Positions 29,945-41,617 of a DNA stretch of 64,000 bases are shown here, one piece after another. The DNA is from Candidatus Xenobia bacterium (GTDB lineage Bacteria > Vulcanimicrobiota > Xenobia > Xenobiales > QWHO01). The stretch covers positions 50,922 to 114,921 of the forward strand of contig BTUM01000018.1 of NCBI GenBank assembly GCA_045863235.1, written 5' to 3'. The position numbers and the translations under genes are program-made. Numbering within the stretch: the first letter of the stretch is position 1; each line of letters starts with the position of its first letter. The notes below the pieces were generated by a model that saw nothing but the letters and a program-made list of their open reading frames with translations, had not been told where the DNA came from and made no database searches.

Positions 29945-30607
29945 ATGAAAGCAGCAAACCCCTGGAAGAACTGTCTCCTGATCGGCTGCGTGCTGGCGCT
30001 GCTGGGCGCCGGGGCCTGCGGGGCCGGCTTTTACTTCCTCTATCACAAAGCCAGCCAGGCCTTCATCACCGACCCGGCCCGAGTGGAGGCGCTGGCGCAG
30101 GAGATCATCCCCGGTGCGCACGTGCCGGCAGGCTATCAACCCCACTTCGGCCTGGAGGCGTTTGGAATGCAGGGCGCCGCCATCGGCCCTCCCGGCGAGG
30201 AGGATGCCGGGCCGGGTCAGTGCGAGATCATGCTGGTGCGCATGCCGCAGAGCGACCAGGTCAACATCAAGGCGATCCGCGCCCAGATGCAGAGTCCCGA
30301 AGGAGCCAGCCGGGACGAGCCGGGCCAGAAGCTGTTGTCGCACGATACCGTCACCATTTCGATGGGAGGTACCCAGGTGCCGGTCTACCACAGCGTGACC
30401 GAGAAGGATGGCGTCAAATCAGAGGATCTGGTCGCCGTTTTCGAAGATGCCGACAAGCGCCTGGTGGCCTGTTTTGCGACCGGACCTCAGGAGGGATTTG
30501 AGCGCTCACCCGCGCGCTCGTTCTTCGAGGGCTTGAAGGTCACGGATCTCAAGGCTATGGATCCGACGCTTTACCAGGAAGGTCCGGCTGAAGCACCCAG
30601 CCCCTGA
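29945..30607 (+). CDS. Hypothetical membrane-anchored protein
   Basis: N-terminal TM helix (IGCVLALLGAGACGAGFYFL) followed by a soluble domain. Confidence 0.75.
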   Translation: MKAANPWKNCLLIGCVLALLGAGACGAGFYFLYHKASQAFITDPARVEALAQEIIPGAHVPAGYQPHFGLEAFGMQGAAIGPPGEEDAGPGQCEIMLVRMPQSDQVNIKAIRAQMQSPEGASRDEPGQKLLSHDTVTISMGGTQVPVYHSVTEKDGVKSEDLVAVFEDADKRLVACFATGPQEGFERSPARSFFEGLKVTDLKAMDPTLYQEGPAEAPSP

Positions 30608-30668
30608 ACTTCGAAGCGCCTGCAAAGACTGTCGTCTGGGATGGGCAGGACCGGAGATGCGACGATGT

Positions 30669-30899
30669 TCAGCGGCGGTCGCGGCACCAGACCACGTTGG
30701 TCTCGTTGCAGGACGTGCGGCGAGCATCGTGGCCCCACCACGTGCGCGTCCCGCGCAGATAGAGCTGGCGGGGGCGATCGGTGATCTTCTCGAGGAAGGC
30801 AGCCATCGCGGCCCTGGAAACGACTTCCTCAGCCGCGTTCAGCACGGCTTCCTGCTCGGAAACGGAAAGGGTGTTCTCTGCTACCATATCGACCTGCAA
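30669..30899 (-). CDS. Small hypothetical protein
   Basis: 76 aa filling the intergenic gap, GGAGG SD upstream, protein-like composition. Confidence 0.55.
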   Translation of the reverse strand: MQVDMVAENTLSVSEQEAVLNAAEEVVSRAAMAAFLEKITDRPRQLYLRGTRTWWGHDARRTSCNETNVVWCRDRR

Positions 30900-31094
30900 C
30901 CTCCAACTGGCTGCAGCGCTCTTGTCCCCACTCGTGCGCCTCGCGTTTGCCGGCGCGGTCTCTGGCGGACTCGCTGCTCGACACCCTGATCATACCCAGC
31001 CGGGTGGTCGGGGTTGTGAACTTGCTGTTAACAGGGTTACAAACGGAACTCTCATAGATCACTAACGCAGGCCCAACTCGATGGCCCCTATCCT

Positions 31095-33464
<2,370 letters not shown>

Positions 33465-33480
33465 GCCCAGACCAGCCTGA

Positions 33481-33511
33481 AGGACCCGCCCCCCGGCGGG
33501 TCTTTTCTTTT
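33481..33511 (+). terminator. Rho-independent terminator after lon
   Basis: AGGACCCGCC-CCCC-GGCGGGTCTT hairpin plus T tract. Confidence 0.85.
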
Positions 33512-33558
33512 CCCCGCCAGGAGGATTTCGGAGCGGTGGCACTGATCTTGTCTGGCAC

Positions 33559-33948
33559 GTGTTTCTGGCCATCTTTGTTTTCATCGGCTGGGTGATCCAA
33601 CTGGGAGAGAAACTCGGGCTTCTCGAGACCGAGAGTCGCGAGTCGTCCCACCAGGCCTATCGTCTGGCCATCCGGGCCCAGGAGCTGCTGAAGGTCGAGC
33701 TCAGTCCGGTGCGGGTCCGCGACTGCCAGGCCGACCGGTTGGAGTACGGGGATGGGAAAGCCCTCTGGGCGGATGGGCAGGGCAGGCTGTGGCGCTCTCA
33801 GGGCGAGTCGAGCGAGCTGCTGCTCGAGCTGGGTACCTTCGGAAAGGTCCGTTTCGCCCGTCGCGGCGAAATGCTCGAAGTACGCATCCGGGCCTCGGTC
33901 GAGCGTCGGCGGCACTGGGCCCGGATGCTGGTCCCTGTCGAGGACTGA
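33559..33948 (+). CDS. Hypothetical protein, possibly a 5'-truncated pilin-like protein
   Basis: Begins directly with a hydrophobic helix; beta-rich C-terminus similar in layout to the minor pilins elsewhere in the window. Confidence 0.45.
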   Translation: MFLAIFVFIGWVIQLGEKLGLLETESRESSHQAYRLAIRAQELLKVELSPVRVRDCQADRLEYGDGKALWADGQGRLWRSQGESSELLLELGTFGKVRFARRGEMLEVRIRASVERRRHWARMLVPVED

Positions 33949-34184
33949 GGTTGCTCGCAAAGCGCACGGTTGCGATCAGGAGCTGGTTGACTGTCGCACA
34001 AGCCCCCTCCTCGCGGAATGGACAGTTTTTAGTGTCTATTTTTGTCGATATTCATTCTGGTTTCCAGGCTCTGGTTTAGAAAAAGTTCATCCACTTTTAA
34101 AGAGTTGGAAACAAAATCGGATAGACAACCTTTGGCCGGGTCGGGATACACCCCTCGGAGAGAAAAATCGTGGAGGTTGTCAGA

Positions 34185-34832
34185 ATGTGCACTATTGCTC
34201 CCGGTGGCTGTCACCCCCAACCCCTGCCGTACCCGTTCCCGCCTGAGCCGCGTCCGTGGCCCGGGCCCTGGAACCGCGGACCGAACACCGAGAACCTGCC
34301 CGACTCCTGGGTGGGAACCGAGCGGAAGGGCTGCTGGGGGTTCGATCCGGTCAAGGGCTACGGGCTGGATCTGAACGGTGACGGGCGCTACACCCGTGGC
34401 CAGGACGGCGTGCTGGCCTTCGACATCAACCGCGACGGCAAGGTCACCAACGAGGAGATCGAAGAGTCGAACGCCCGCCTGAAAGCCTTCGGGGGCAACT
34501 ATGACGCCAATGGTGACGGCAAGACCAGCTTCTGTGAGCGCATCTCCGGTCAGCGCCGGCAGCGCGAGATGGCGCAGTACGACCGCAATCAGGACGGCCG
34601 CCTGGACGCCAATGAGTTGAGCTCAGCCGGAGGTCGCGTGCTGGTCGACCGCAACCGTGACGGCCAGTTCCAGCCCTGGGAGAATCACAGCCCTTACGAC
34701 TTCCCGACCCCCGGCTTCGGACGCGGCCGGCTCGACTTCGTCGACCCTTACAACAACAACAGCCGGGTCAGCAACAAGTGGAACTGGTGCCAGCCCCCCT
34801 ACCCGCAGCCGCAGCCCTGCCGCTGCCACTGA
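34185..34832 (+). CDS. EF-hand/DxNxDG repeat calcium-binding protein with Pro/Cys-rich termini
   Basis: DLNGDG, DINRDG, DANGDG, DRNQDG, DRNRDG; GGAGG SD; own terminator. Confidence 0.8.
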   Translation: MCTIAPGGCHPQPLPYPFPPEPRPWPGPWNRGPNTENLPDSWVGTERKGCWGFDPVKGYGLDLNGDGRYTRGQDGVLAFDINRDGKVTNEEIEESNARLKAFGGNYDANGDGKTSFCERISGQRRQREMAQYDRNQDGRLDANELSSAGGRVLVDRNRDGQFQPWENHSPYDFPTPGFGRGRLDFVDPYNNNSRVSNKWNWCQPPYPQPQPCRCH

Positions 34833-34859
34833 TTCAAACCGAGTCCCACCTCATGTGCG

Positions 34860-34886
34860 CCCTCCCCGAACAAGGGAGGGTTTTTT
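34860..34886 (+). terminator. Rho-independent terminator
   Basis: CCCTCCC-loop-GGGAGGG plus TTTTTT. Confidence 0.85.
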
Positions 34887-34892
34887 CTTGGC

Positions 34893-35903
34893 CTACTCCA
34901 GATTGACCCCCACCGGTTGGCCTTCGCGCACCGAGCGCTCGATGGCGTGGATGATGCAGTAGTTCTCGTAAGCCTCGGCCAGGCAGTTGTGCATGGGCCC
35001 GTCGGCCTGGATGGCACGCACCAGGTCCTCGAACTGCAACCCGAGGTCCAGCACCGGCTGCTCCACCGGCAGGGTGACCGGGGTTTCCTCCACGTTGTCT
35101 CCACTGCGTCGGAAGAGCTGATTGCCGCGGATGCAGCCCTCCGACATCCAAAGCTCCAGGGAGAAGTCTCGGGGCAGAAAGGCGGAAGCCGACACCAGCA
35201 GCTCTCCCAGAGCCCCGTTCTCGAAGGCCAGCGAAACCGAGAAGGTGTCCGCCTTGAAGTCGTTGCCCAGCTCGAAGCCGCTGGCCCGGGCGAAGACCGA
35301 GCGCACCGGACCCCCGATCCACTGCAGGAGGTCGATGCAGTGAATTCCATTGCCGTGCAGGAAGAAGTAGGTCTCGTAGGGATGCTCGAACCACCACTCC
35401 TTCTCGCGCTTGCGACAGCGCTCGACCGAGTTGTAGAGGTAGACGCCACGGAGAAAACGCAGCCTGCCCAGCTGGCCTGACTCGACCAGCGAGCGAGGGC
35501 GCCGATACTGGTCTCGGTAGCGGCAGTTCATGCCGACCTGCAGTACCTTGCCCGAGCTCTCCTGGGCCCGCCGCAGGCGATGGAAGTCGGCCAGCTCGAG
35601 CGCCAGTGGCTTCTCGCAGAACACGTGCTTACCCGCCTCCAGGAAGGAGGCCGCGTAATGGGCGTGGGTGTTGTCCGGGCTGCACACGAAGATCAGGTCG
35701 ATCTCGGGGTCGGCAGCCAGCTCTTCCCAGCTCTGGGTGTGCGTGCGAAAGCCGAACTCGCTCACGAAGGCCTCGGCCACCGCTTTGCTGCGCCGGGTGG
35801 AATAGACCGTCCGCAGCTCAGCCAGAGGGTGCCCGGCCAGGACGGCCAGGTGCTTTCTCGCCATGTAACCGGTTCCGGCCATTGCCAGCCTGACGGGCTT
35901 CAT
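34893..35903 (-). CDS. Gfo/Idh/MocA family oxidoreductase
   Basis: AGTGYMA, GKHVFCEKP, IHCID motifs. Confidence 0.92.
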   Translation of the reverse strand: MKPVRLAMAGTGYMARKHLAVLAGHPLAELRTVYSTRRSKAVAEAFVSEFGFRTHTQSWEELAADPEIDLIFVCSPDNTHAHYAASFLEAGKHVFCEKPLALELADFHRLRRAQESSGKVLQVGMNCRYRDQYRRPRSLVESGQLGRLRFLRGVYLYNSVERCRKREKEWWFEHPYETYFFLHGNGIHCIDLLQWIGGPVRSVFARASGFELGNDFKADTFSVSLAFENGALGELLVSASAFLPRDFSLELWMSEGCIRGNQLFRRSGDNVEETPVTLPVEQPVLDLGLQFEDLVRAIQADGPMHNCLAEAYENYCIIHAIERSVREGQPVGVNLE

Positions 35904-35948
35904 GGCGCCCGGCTTCGCAGGCGGTCGAGTGGCTCCTGTTTTCGGCTG

Positions 35949-36371
35949 CTACTTCTTCTTGGCCGGCGGGGGAGGGGGCGGAGGCGCCGGAGCCGGGACT
36001 GCTGCCGCCGGCGCGGGCCGGAAGGAGCTGTACCAGAGCCCGCTCATGCTCTGTTGCAGGGCGATGCTGCGCAGCCGGGCCTCTTCCTGGGCTTTCTCGC
36101 TGTCCGAGCGAGCCTGGTTGACCAGCTGGTCACGGTGGATGCGGCGCCTCTGGGCCTCCTCGGCCATCTGGGCGAAGATCTTGTTCAGCTCGGCGTCCTG
36201 CTCGGCCGGGTTCATCGGCGGGTCAGGAGTGCTGGTGGACGGGAGCGCGTCCGGCGGAAACCAACCTGCCCCATTGTTCAAAGCCCCGTTACTTCCCGGA
36301 CCTGCGACCAAGGACTGTATGAGCATCCCTGCGGTTCCTTCCAGCATTTTCAGCGGCCTGTGGCCGACCAA
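35949..36371 (-). CDS. Hypothetical coiled-coil protein with Pro-rich tail (start uncertain)
   Basis: Q/E/A-rich helix followed by PAPPPPPPPAKKK. Confidence 0.6.
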   Translation of the reverse strand: MVGHRPLKMLEGTAGMLIQSLVAGPGSNGALNNGAGWFPPDALPSTSTPDPPMNPAEQDAELNKIFAQMAEEAQRRRIHRDQLVNQARSDSEKAQEEARLRSIALQQSMSGLWYSSFRPAPAAAVPAPAPPPPPPPAKKK

Positions 36372-36504
36372 GGGCGTCGGGCGGTAGTTCCCGGCGGGCT
36401 GTTGCCCACCTGAGCCTAATCCAGGGCAACCCGACGAGTCATTAAAAATTCCTGAAAAATCCGCCAGGGGGGATCCCGACCTCTGGGAGGGAAGCCTGGA
36501 GCCG

Positions 36505-37170
36505 ATGCGTGGCGTCTGGACCAGCCTGATCTGGAACGCGGTCCTCCCGGTGCTCCTGTATCGCTACCTGAGCAAGTCTCTGGGCTGGCATGAGGTGAGC
36601 GCCCTGATCGCCGCCTCGATGTTCCCGGTTCTGGGCGCCATCTACAGCCTGGTACGCCTGAGGGTGTTCGATTTCATGAGCGGAATCACGCTGGGTGGCA
36701 TCGTGGTGAGCGTTTCGGCGGTGCTCCTGGGCGGGGACCAGAAACTCATGCTGATCCGCGAGTCCTTCTTCACCCTTCTTCTTGGGGTGGGTTGCTTCGT
36801 GTCGCTCTTTGCCTGGCGCCGCCCTCTGATGTTCTACTTTGCTCGCTACTTCGAGTGCGGAAACGACGTCACCAAGCGCCTCGAATTCGATCAGGACTAC
36901 CAGAACTACGCTCTGGCTCGCAAAGTCCATCGACTGCTCACCATCGTCTGGGGCCTCGCGTTCCTGGGCGAGTTCCTGTCCAAGGTGGTGATGGTTTACT
37001 CCTTCTCAGTCGAAGTGGTGCTGGGCGTCGGCCCGGTGATCTCCAACGGAATTCAGGTGGCCACGATCGTGTGGACGCTGGCCTACGTGCGCAGCGTGCG
37101 CTCGCGCGCTCTGGCCGAGGCCCAGGAGAGCAGCCAGGAAGTGGGTCAGGTCAAGGCGACAGGCGCTTGA
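36505..37170 (+). CDS. VC0807-like membrane protein
   Basis: Six TM segments; LIRESFFT, RPLMFYFAR, LTIVWG motifs. Confidence 0.75.
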   Translation: MRGVWTSLIWNAVLPVLLYRYLSKSLGWHEVSALIAASMFPVLGAIYSLVRLRVFDFMSGITLGGIVVSVSAVLLGGDQKLMLIRESFFTLLLGVGCFVSLFAWRRPLMFYFARYFECGNDVTKRLEFDQDYQNYALARKVHRLLTIVWGLAFLGEFLSKVVMVYSFSVEVVLGVGPVISNGIQVATIVWTLAYVRSVRSRALAEAQESSQEVGQVKATGA

Positions 37171-37900
37171 GCTGCCGGGCCACCTCGGCCCGTATGATCT
37201 TATCCTGGGCGGCCGTCAGGTCCTCAAAGGAGATGCAGTGGGCAAAGCGGCGCGTGCCCCGGTTCGGCACCACTCCCCGGACCAGGCCCTGAAGCTTGAT
37301 GGGCCGACCCTTCTGGGAGGGCAGCACGATCTCCACCCGGCGCCCTTCCAGGATCGGCTCCATACTGTCGATCGAAAGACCGCCGAGGGAAAGGTTGCGC
37401 ACTGTGCCGGTGGTCTCCATGTCGATGGCCAGGGCCGGATCGCTGGCGAAAAGGTGAGCATCCATGCGGGTCTTGACGCGCAGGGTCTGGCGGCGCTCGT
37501 GCATGGTGTCGGGTGTGAAGCCGATGTCCTCGAGCACGAATTTGATCCAGGACTTGCTCATCATCAGCTTGTCCTCGGCGTAGGAGAGGCCGGCGATGGT
37601 GTCCATCTTGGCTTTGTTCTTGTAGGACCAGAGCACCGTGCAGCGGATCTTGTTGACCCACACCCCTGGCAGGTGCTCCTGGAACTCCAGGGCCATCAAC
37701 TGCCCCCTGGGCAGTGGCTCATAGCAGCGGAGTCTCAAGCCGCCGAGTCCGGCGTCTACCACCACACCTTTGATGGAGCGCTGGGCAAGCTCGCCCTCAT
37801 TGATGAGATAGGCTACCACTTCCGCGTAGCATTCTCGTCGCGCCAGCTTGCGCCGCTCGGCCAGGGCCGAGGCCGGTGTGCCACCCAACCAGCTCAGCAT
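37151..37900 (-). CDS. Tandem PilZ-domain protein
   Basis: ERRKLAR..DAGLGG and ERRQTLR..NLSLGG (RxxxR, D/NxSxxG); start uncertain. Confidence 0.8.
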   Translation of the reverse strand: MLSWLGGTPASALAERRKLARRECYAEVVAYLINEGELAQRSIKGVVVDAGLGGLRLRCYEPLPRGQLMALEFQEHLPGVWVNKIRCTVLWSYKNKAKMDTIAGLSYAEDKLMMSKSWIKFVLEDIGFTPDTMHERRQTLRVKTRMDAHLFASDPALAIDMETTGTVRNLSLGGLSIDSMEPILEGRRVEIVLPSQKGRPIKLQGLVRGVVPNRGTRRFAHCISFEDLTAAQDKIIRAEVARQLKRLSP

Positions 37901-38021
37901 TCGACAGGATTCCATAGGAAGGATGCGTTTCCTACCAGGGTTTTCTGGTAGGGAAATCCTGGTCGATCTCCGAGGGAAGCCGTGGCAGGTCCAAGAAGCA
38001 TGGCTGAGAAGGGGGTAGTTC

Positions 38022-38414
38022 TTGAGGAATCTCAGGTCCGGATCGACGCTCATCGAGCTGCTGGTGTGCATGTTCCTGCTCTCAGTAGCTTTTCTCTCAT
38101 TGCTGGGAGTGCTGGCCAACGGCCACAAGGCGACCGCTCTGGCCCGCGACAACACCATCGCCACCCAACTCGCCCGCGAGTACCTCGAGCAGTATCGCAA
38201 GAACGACTACAACGCCCTCTCCAGCGTTCCCGAGAACGAGGTCAAGGCCAGCGGGACCTACCAGGGGCGCGACTACGCGACGATCTTTCAACGCAAGCTG
38301 GAGGTGGGCTCGGCTCTAAACGGTGAGGGCAAGAGCCTCAAGGCGGTCGTTCGCTGGCAGACCGGCAGCATGTGGCACACTGTGGAGATGAGAACCCTTG
38401 TTGCGGCGCCTTAG
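38022..38414 (+). CDS. Type IV minor pilin (PilV-like)
   Basis: Prepilin motif RSG|STLIELL plus hydrophobic helix. Confidence 0.8.
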   Translation: MRNLRSGSTLIELLVCMFLLSVAFLSLLGVLANGHKATALARDNTIATQLAREYLEQYRKNDYNALSSVPENEVKASGTYQGRDYATIFQRKLEVGSALNGEGKSLKAVVRWQTGSMWHTVEMRTLVAAP

Positions 38415-38958
38415 GGGCCTGACCCTGATCGAGACCATGGTGGTCTGCACCCTGCTCGGGCTGCTGACCACCGGCCTGGTGGTGATCTTTGCCTCGTACG
38501 GACGCCAGATGGCCGAGACCGAGCGGCGCCGCGACTACATCACCTCGGCTCAGAAGGGCATCGGCCGGCTGGAGTTGGAGATGGGCAACACCAGCGCCAG
38601 CTATGTTTCGCTGGGGAAGAACCAGGTGATCTTTCCTTCGGCCCAGGCCAGCCTGGCCCAGCCCGTGGTGCTCGACGATGCGGGCAAGCTGGTCTGGCAG
38701 CGCTGGATTGCCTACGCGGTGGACACCAAGAACCGCGAGTTGTGGCGCGGGGAAGTGAGCATCGCCAAGCCTTCCACCAACCCGGGCACCCCCCCGGCCA
38801 TCGCCAGCTTTTCCAAGAATCGCCTGCTGATCTCCGACCCGGCCCAGAGCCTGAGCGTGGTAGCCGGAACCGCCTCGGGCCTCTACGAGCTCACCTTGAA
38901 GGTGGGCGATGACACCAACGCCGTGCAACTCTCAAGTCAGGTAGGTGTGCGCAATTGA
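38398..38958 (+). CDS. Type IV minor pilin (PilW/GspJ-like)
   Basis: Prepilin motif RG|LTLIETM. Confidence 0.8.
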   Translation: MLRRLRGLTLIETMVVCTLLGLLTTGLVVIFASYGRQMAETERRRDYITSAQKGIGRLELEMGNTSASYVSLGKNQVIFPSAQASLAQPVVLDDAGKLVWQRWIAYAVDTKNRELWRGEVSIAKPSTNPGTPPAIASFSKNRLLISDPAQSLSVVAGTASGLYELTLKVGDDTNAVQLSSQVGVRN

Positions 38959-40181
38959 GACGACGACAGCGGGGATACGCTCTGGCGCTGACCCTGGCCA
39001 TGCTCTCGGTGCTGGTGCTGGTGATCGTGGGGATGGCCCGTAACGGGGACGCCAGTCTGAACGCAGCCCGCATCCAGCAACGCTCAGACCGGGCTCTCTA
39101 TGCCGCTGAGAGCGGCGTGGCCGCCGCTCTGGTGGGCCTCAAGAAGGATGCGGAGTTTTCCGGAACCAAAGCCACTCTGGGCCCCGAGAAGTATTCGGTC
39201 ACCGTCTATCGCCCCGGCAGCAAGGTTCCCAACGAGGCCAGCGTGCCGGCGGGGTGCGTCTACATCCTCTCTACCGGTTCCCTGGGCAGCACCTCGCGCC
39301 AGGTGGGAGTGACCGTCAAGCTTGGGGCGGGCTCCCGGCCAGTGACCGGGGCCTACTACGCCAACTCGCTGACGCTGGGCGGAGGGAGTTGGACCGACTC
39401 GTACGACTCCACCAAAGGAAGTTACAGCTCCCAGACGCCCGGGACAAAGGGGGACATCTCCACCAACTCCAAGGACCCTGGCAGCATCCAGCTCTCGGGC
39501 GGTTCCTATGTCAAGGGCACCATCTACGTCGGGGTGGGGGGAGTGGTCGGCCCGGGAACCCCCAAGTCGTCTACAAAGAACACCAAGAATACCGTTTGGA
39601 AAGACGCCAAGACCTACAGCCTGGAAGAGGAAGCGCTGAGCAAGAAGGTCGAGCTTCCTGCTGTCACCGTGCCCAGCCTGGGTGCTTCCAAGGGCGACTT
39701 GAAGGTCAACTCTCAGGGGGCCTCCCCCGAGCCGGGCCGCTACGAGGACGTCAGCGTCTCCGGCGGTGGCACCCTGACGCTGGGCGCGGGGACCTACGTG
39801 CTCGACAGCCTGAAACTGACCGGCGGCGCCAAGCTGAGCACCACCGGAGCGGTGAGGATCTATGTCCGCAAGGAGCTCGACCTGAGCGGCGGCGGGGTCG
39901 TCAATACCAGCGAAAAGCCGGCCAACCTGGTGTGGATGCTGGCCGAGGGCGCCGACGCCAAGATCACAGGAGGGGCCAAGTCGGCCATGGTGGTCTACGG
40001 TCCCAAGGCGGAGATCAAGCTGTCGGGGGGCAACGATCTCTTTGGAGCCATCGTGGGGGACGAAGTCACCGCCTCGGGTGGCTCCAAGGTGCACTATGAC
40101 GAGGCGCTCTCGACCTTCAGCCTGGACGGGGCCGCCGGCTCCTCAGCCACGCGCACGATTCTGAGCTGGCAGCGCTTTTAG
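38955..40181 (+). CDS. PilX-like minor pilin with Gly-rich beta-helix C-terminal domain
   Basis: RG|YALALTL (no E5), ALYAAESGV, repeated xSGG turns, VHYDEAL end motif. Confidence 0.8.
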   Translation: MRRRQRGYALALTLAMLSVLVLVIVGMARNGDASLNAARIQQRSDRALYAAESGVAAALVGLKKDAEFSGTKATLGPEKYSVTVYRPGSKVPNEASVPAGCVYILSTGSLGSTSRQVGVTVKLGAGSRPVTGAYYANSLTLGGGSWTDSYDSTKGSYSSQTPGTKGDISTNSKDPGSIQLSGGSYVKGTIYVGVGGVVGPGTPKSSTKNTKNTVWKDAKTYSLEEEALSKKVELPAVTVPSLGASKGDLKVNSQGASPEPGRYEDVSVSGGGTLTLGAGTYVLDSLKLTGGAKLSTTGAVRIYVRKELDLSGGGVVNTSEKPANLVWMLAEGADAKITGGAKSAMVVYGPKAEIKLSGGNDLFGAIVGDEVTASGGSKVHYDEALSTFSLDGAAGSSATRTILSWQRF

Positions 40182-40201
40182 AGCGGACAACAGCCCGTGG
40201 C

Positions 40202-40816
40202 TCACTCCGAATCGTCGCTATAATAAGGCCATTCCGGCTCTTCAGGCACCTCGCCCAGCAGGCGTTTGTACCGCCCCAGAAGCTGGGGCGGCAGGGGAGC
40301 GAGCTCCACCCCCAGCATGTGGTTGCCCGAGTCGTGCCGACTGCACCAGCGCACCACGCCGCTCACCGTCAGTGGGATGCCTTCCACTTCCATCCGCACG
40401 CTGACGCCTCGTCCGACTTCGAGCGGCTCGCTGACCCCGAGACGGAGCCCTGAATGGGAGAGGTCGATCACCACCGCCGGCACTTTCGGGTCCGTCAGGT
40501 CGACCCGGAAGACCTTGGAGACGCGCTCGGCGCGTCTGCGGTCCAGAGCTGTTCGGGCCTGGTCGACCGGGCCGAAGTGCTGAGCGAGCTGGCTGTGCGC
40601 ATCCGGCGGACCGAGCACGACGGCGGTATAGGAGCTGTCGTGCGAGAAATACTCCTCCACGCGGGCCTCGAGCAGCAGTGCCTCGCCGGCGAGGGCAACC
40701 TGCAGCTCCTGGTCGCCCTGAACGAGCGTTTCCGGGCACGTAAAGTGCAATCGGCCCCCCACGTAGGCCGTGACCACGATTGCCGGCACCCGAGGCTTTC
40801 GGAACCTGCCGAGCAT
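40202..40816 (-). CDS. PilZ-domain protein
   Basis: RRRAER and DLSHSG motifs, VVRWC. Confidence 0.8.
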   Translation of the reverse strand: MLGRFRKPRVPAIVVTAYVGGRLHFTCPETLVQGDQELQVALAGEALLLEARVEEYFSHDSSYTAVVLGPPDAHSQLAQHFGPVDQARTALDRRRAERVSKVFRVDLTDPKVPAVVIDLSHSGLRLGVSEPLEVGRGVSVRMEVEGIPLTVSGVVRWCSRHDSGNHMLGVELAPLPPQLLGRYKRLLGEVPEEPEWPYYSDDSE

Positions 40817-40863
40817 CCTGGTGACTTCGGCTGCCAAGCTGCACCTGCCTGCCTGCAGGAGAA

Positions 40864-40889
40864 GGTGGCCTGAACCGGTTCAGGCCACC
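40864..40889. repeat. Perfect 26-bp palindrome (hairpin/terminator or operator)
   Basis: GGTGGCCTGAACCGGTTCAGGCCACC is its own reverse complement. Confidence 0.8.
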
Positions 40890-40938
40890 CTCTGGCAGTG
40901 ATTCGGAGACGCTCAACCCACCCAGAGGCTGGAGGCTC

Positions 40939-41424
40939 TTATGATTGCGCTGCCCCGGCTTTCCCCTTCAGCAGCTTGGGGAGCAGGCGGATCAGGTCGG
41001 TGGTGGTGACGATGCCCACTGCCTTGTCGTTGTGGGTGATGATCACACGGTGGATCTTGGCCTCCAGCATGATCTCCACCAGGTCCTCCACCGGCGAGTT
41101 CTCGTCGGCCTGGTAGACGGCCGGAGTCATGATGTCGGCCACCGTCCGCGAGTCGACTTCCCCGATCGAGAAGCCGTCGAACTCCTCTTCCTCCATCCAG
41201 ACGTCCCGGTAGTAGTGGGGCCGGGCGGCATGGGGCAACATCTCGCCCTGCATTCCGGCCGTGTTGGCGATGTCCGTCATCGAGACCACGCCGATAGGTC
41301 GACCCAGGTCCACCACGGGAGCGCCCGAGATCCCCCTCGAGGAGAACAGCTCCGCCAGTTCGGTGACCAGCATGTCGGGGGGGACGGTGATCAGCTTGCG
41401 CTGCATGATCTCTTTGGCCTTCAT
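40939..41424 (-). CDS. CBS domain pair protein
   Basis: AKEIM, ISGAPVVD, VADIMT, VGIVTTTD motifs. Confidence 0.92.
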   Translation of the reverse strand: MKAKEIMQRKLITVPPDMLVTELAELFSSRGISGAPVVDLGRPIGVVSMTDIANTAGMQGEMLPHAARPHYYRDVWMEEEEFDGFSIGEVDSRTVADIMTPAVYQADENSPVEDLVEIMLEAKIHRVIITHNDKAVGIVTTTDLIRLLPKLLKGKAGAAQS

Positions 41425-41617
41425 CTGTTTGGGCTCCTTCGCTTTGGTACCTTCAGACTATCCAGGGCGGGAAGGCGCTGAAATGATCCAGGTCACCTGC
41501 CTCGGGGAGAATCGCGCCAGGGCGGAGAGATTCCTCCATTGCAAAGGGCTTCGCAGGGACCGACCTCGTGGCGGGAGAAGGCCCGAGCTTGCATCACTTC
41601 CGGTGGAGGACCGTCCC

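Noticed and set aside
27415..30501. 1028-aa plus-strand ORF and many other long antisense or alternate-frame ORFs (e.g. 10044-12155, 44031-46178, 5323-7200)
   Set aside because: They shadow well-supported genes, lack motifs, and are expected in high-GC DNA where stop codons are rare.
37901..38200. Long N-terminal extension of the PilZ ORF
   Set aside because: Overlaps the divergent pilin gene and the shared promoter region; the start was moved to about 37900.
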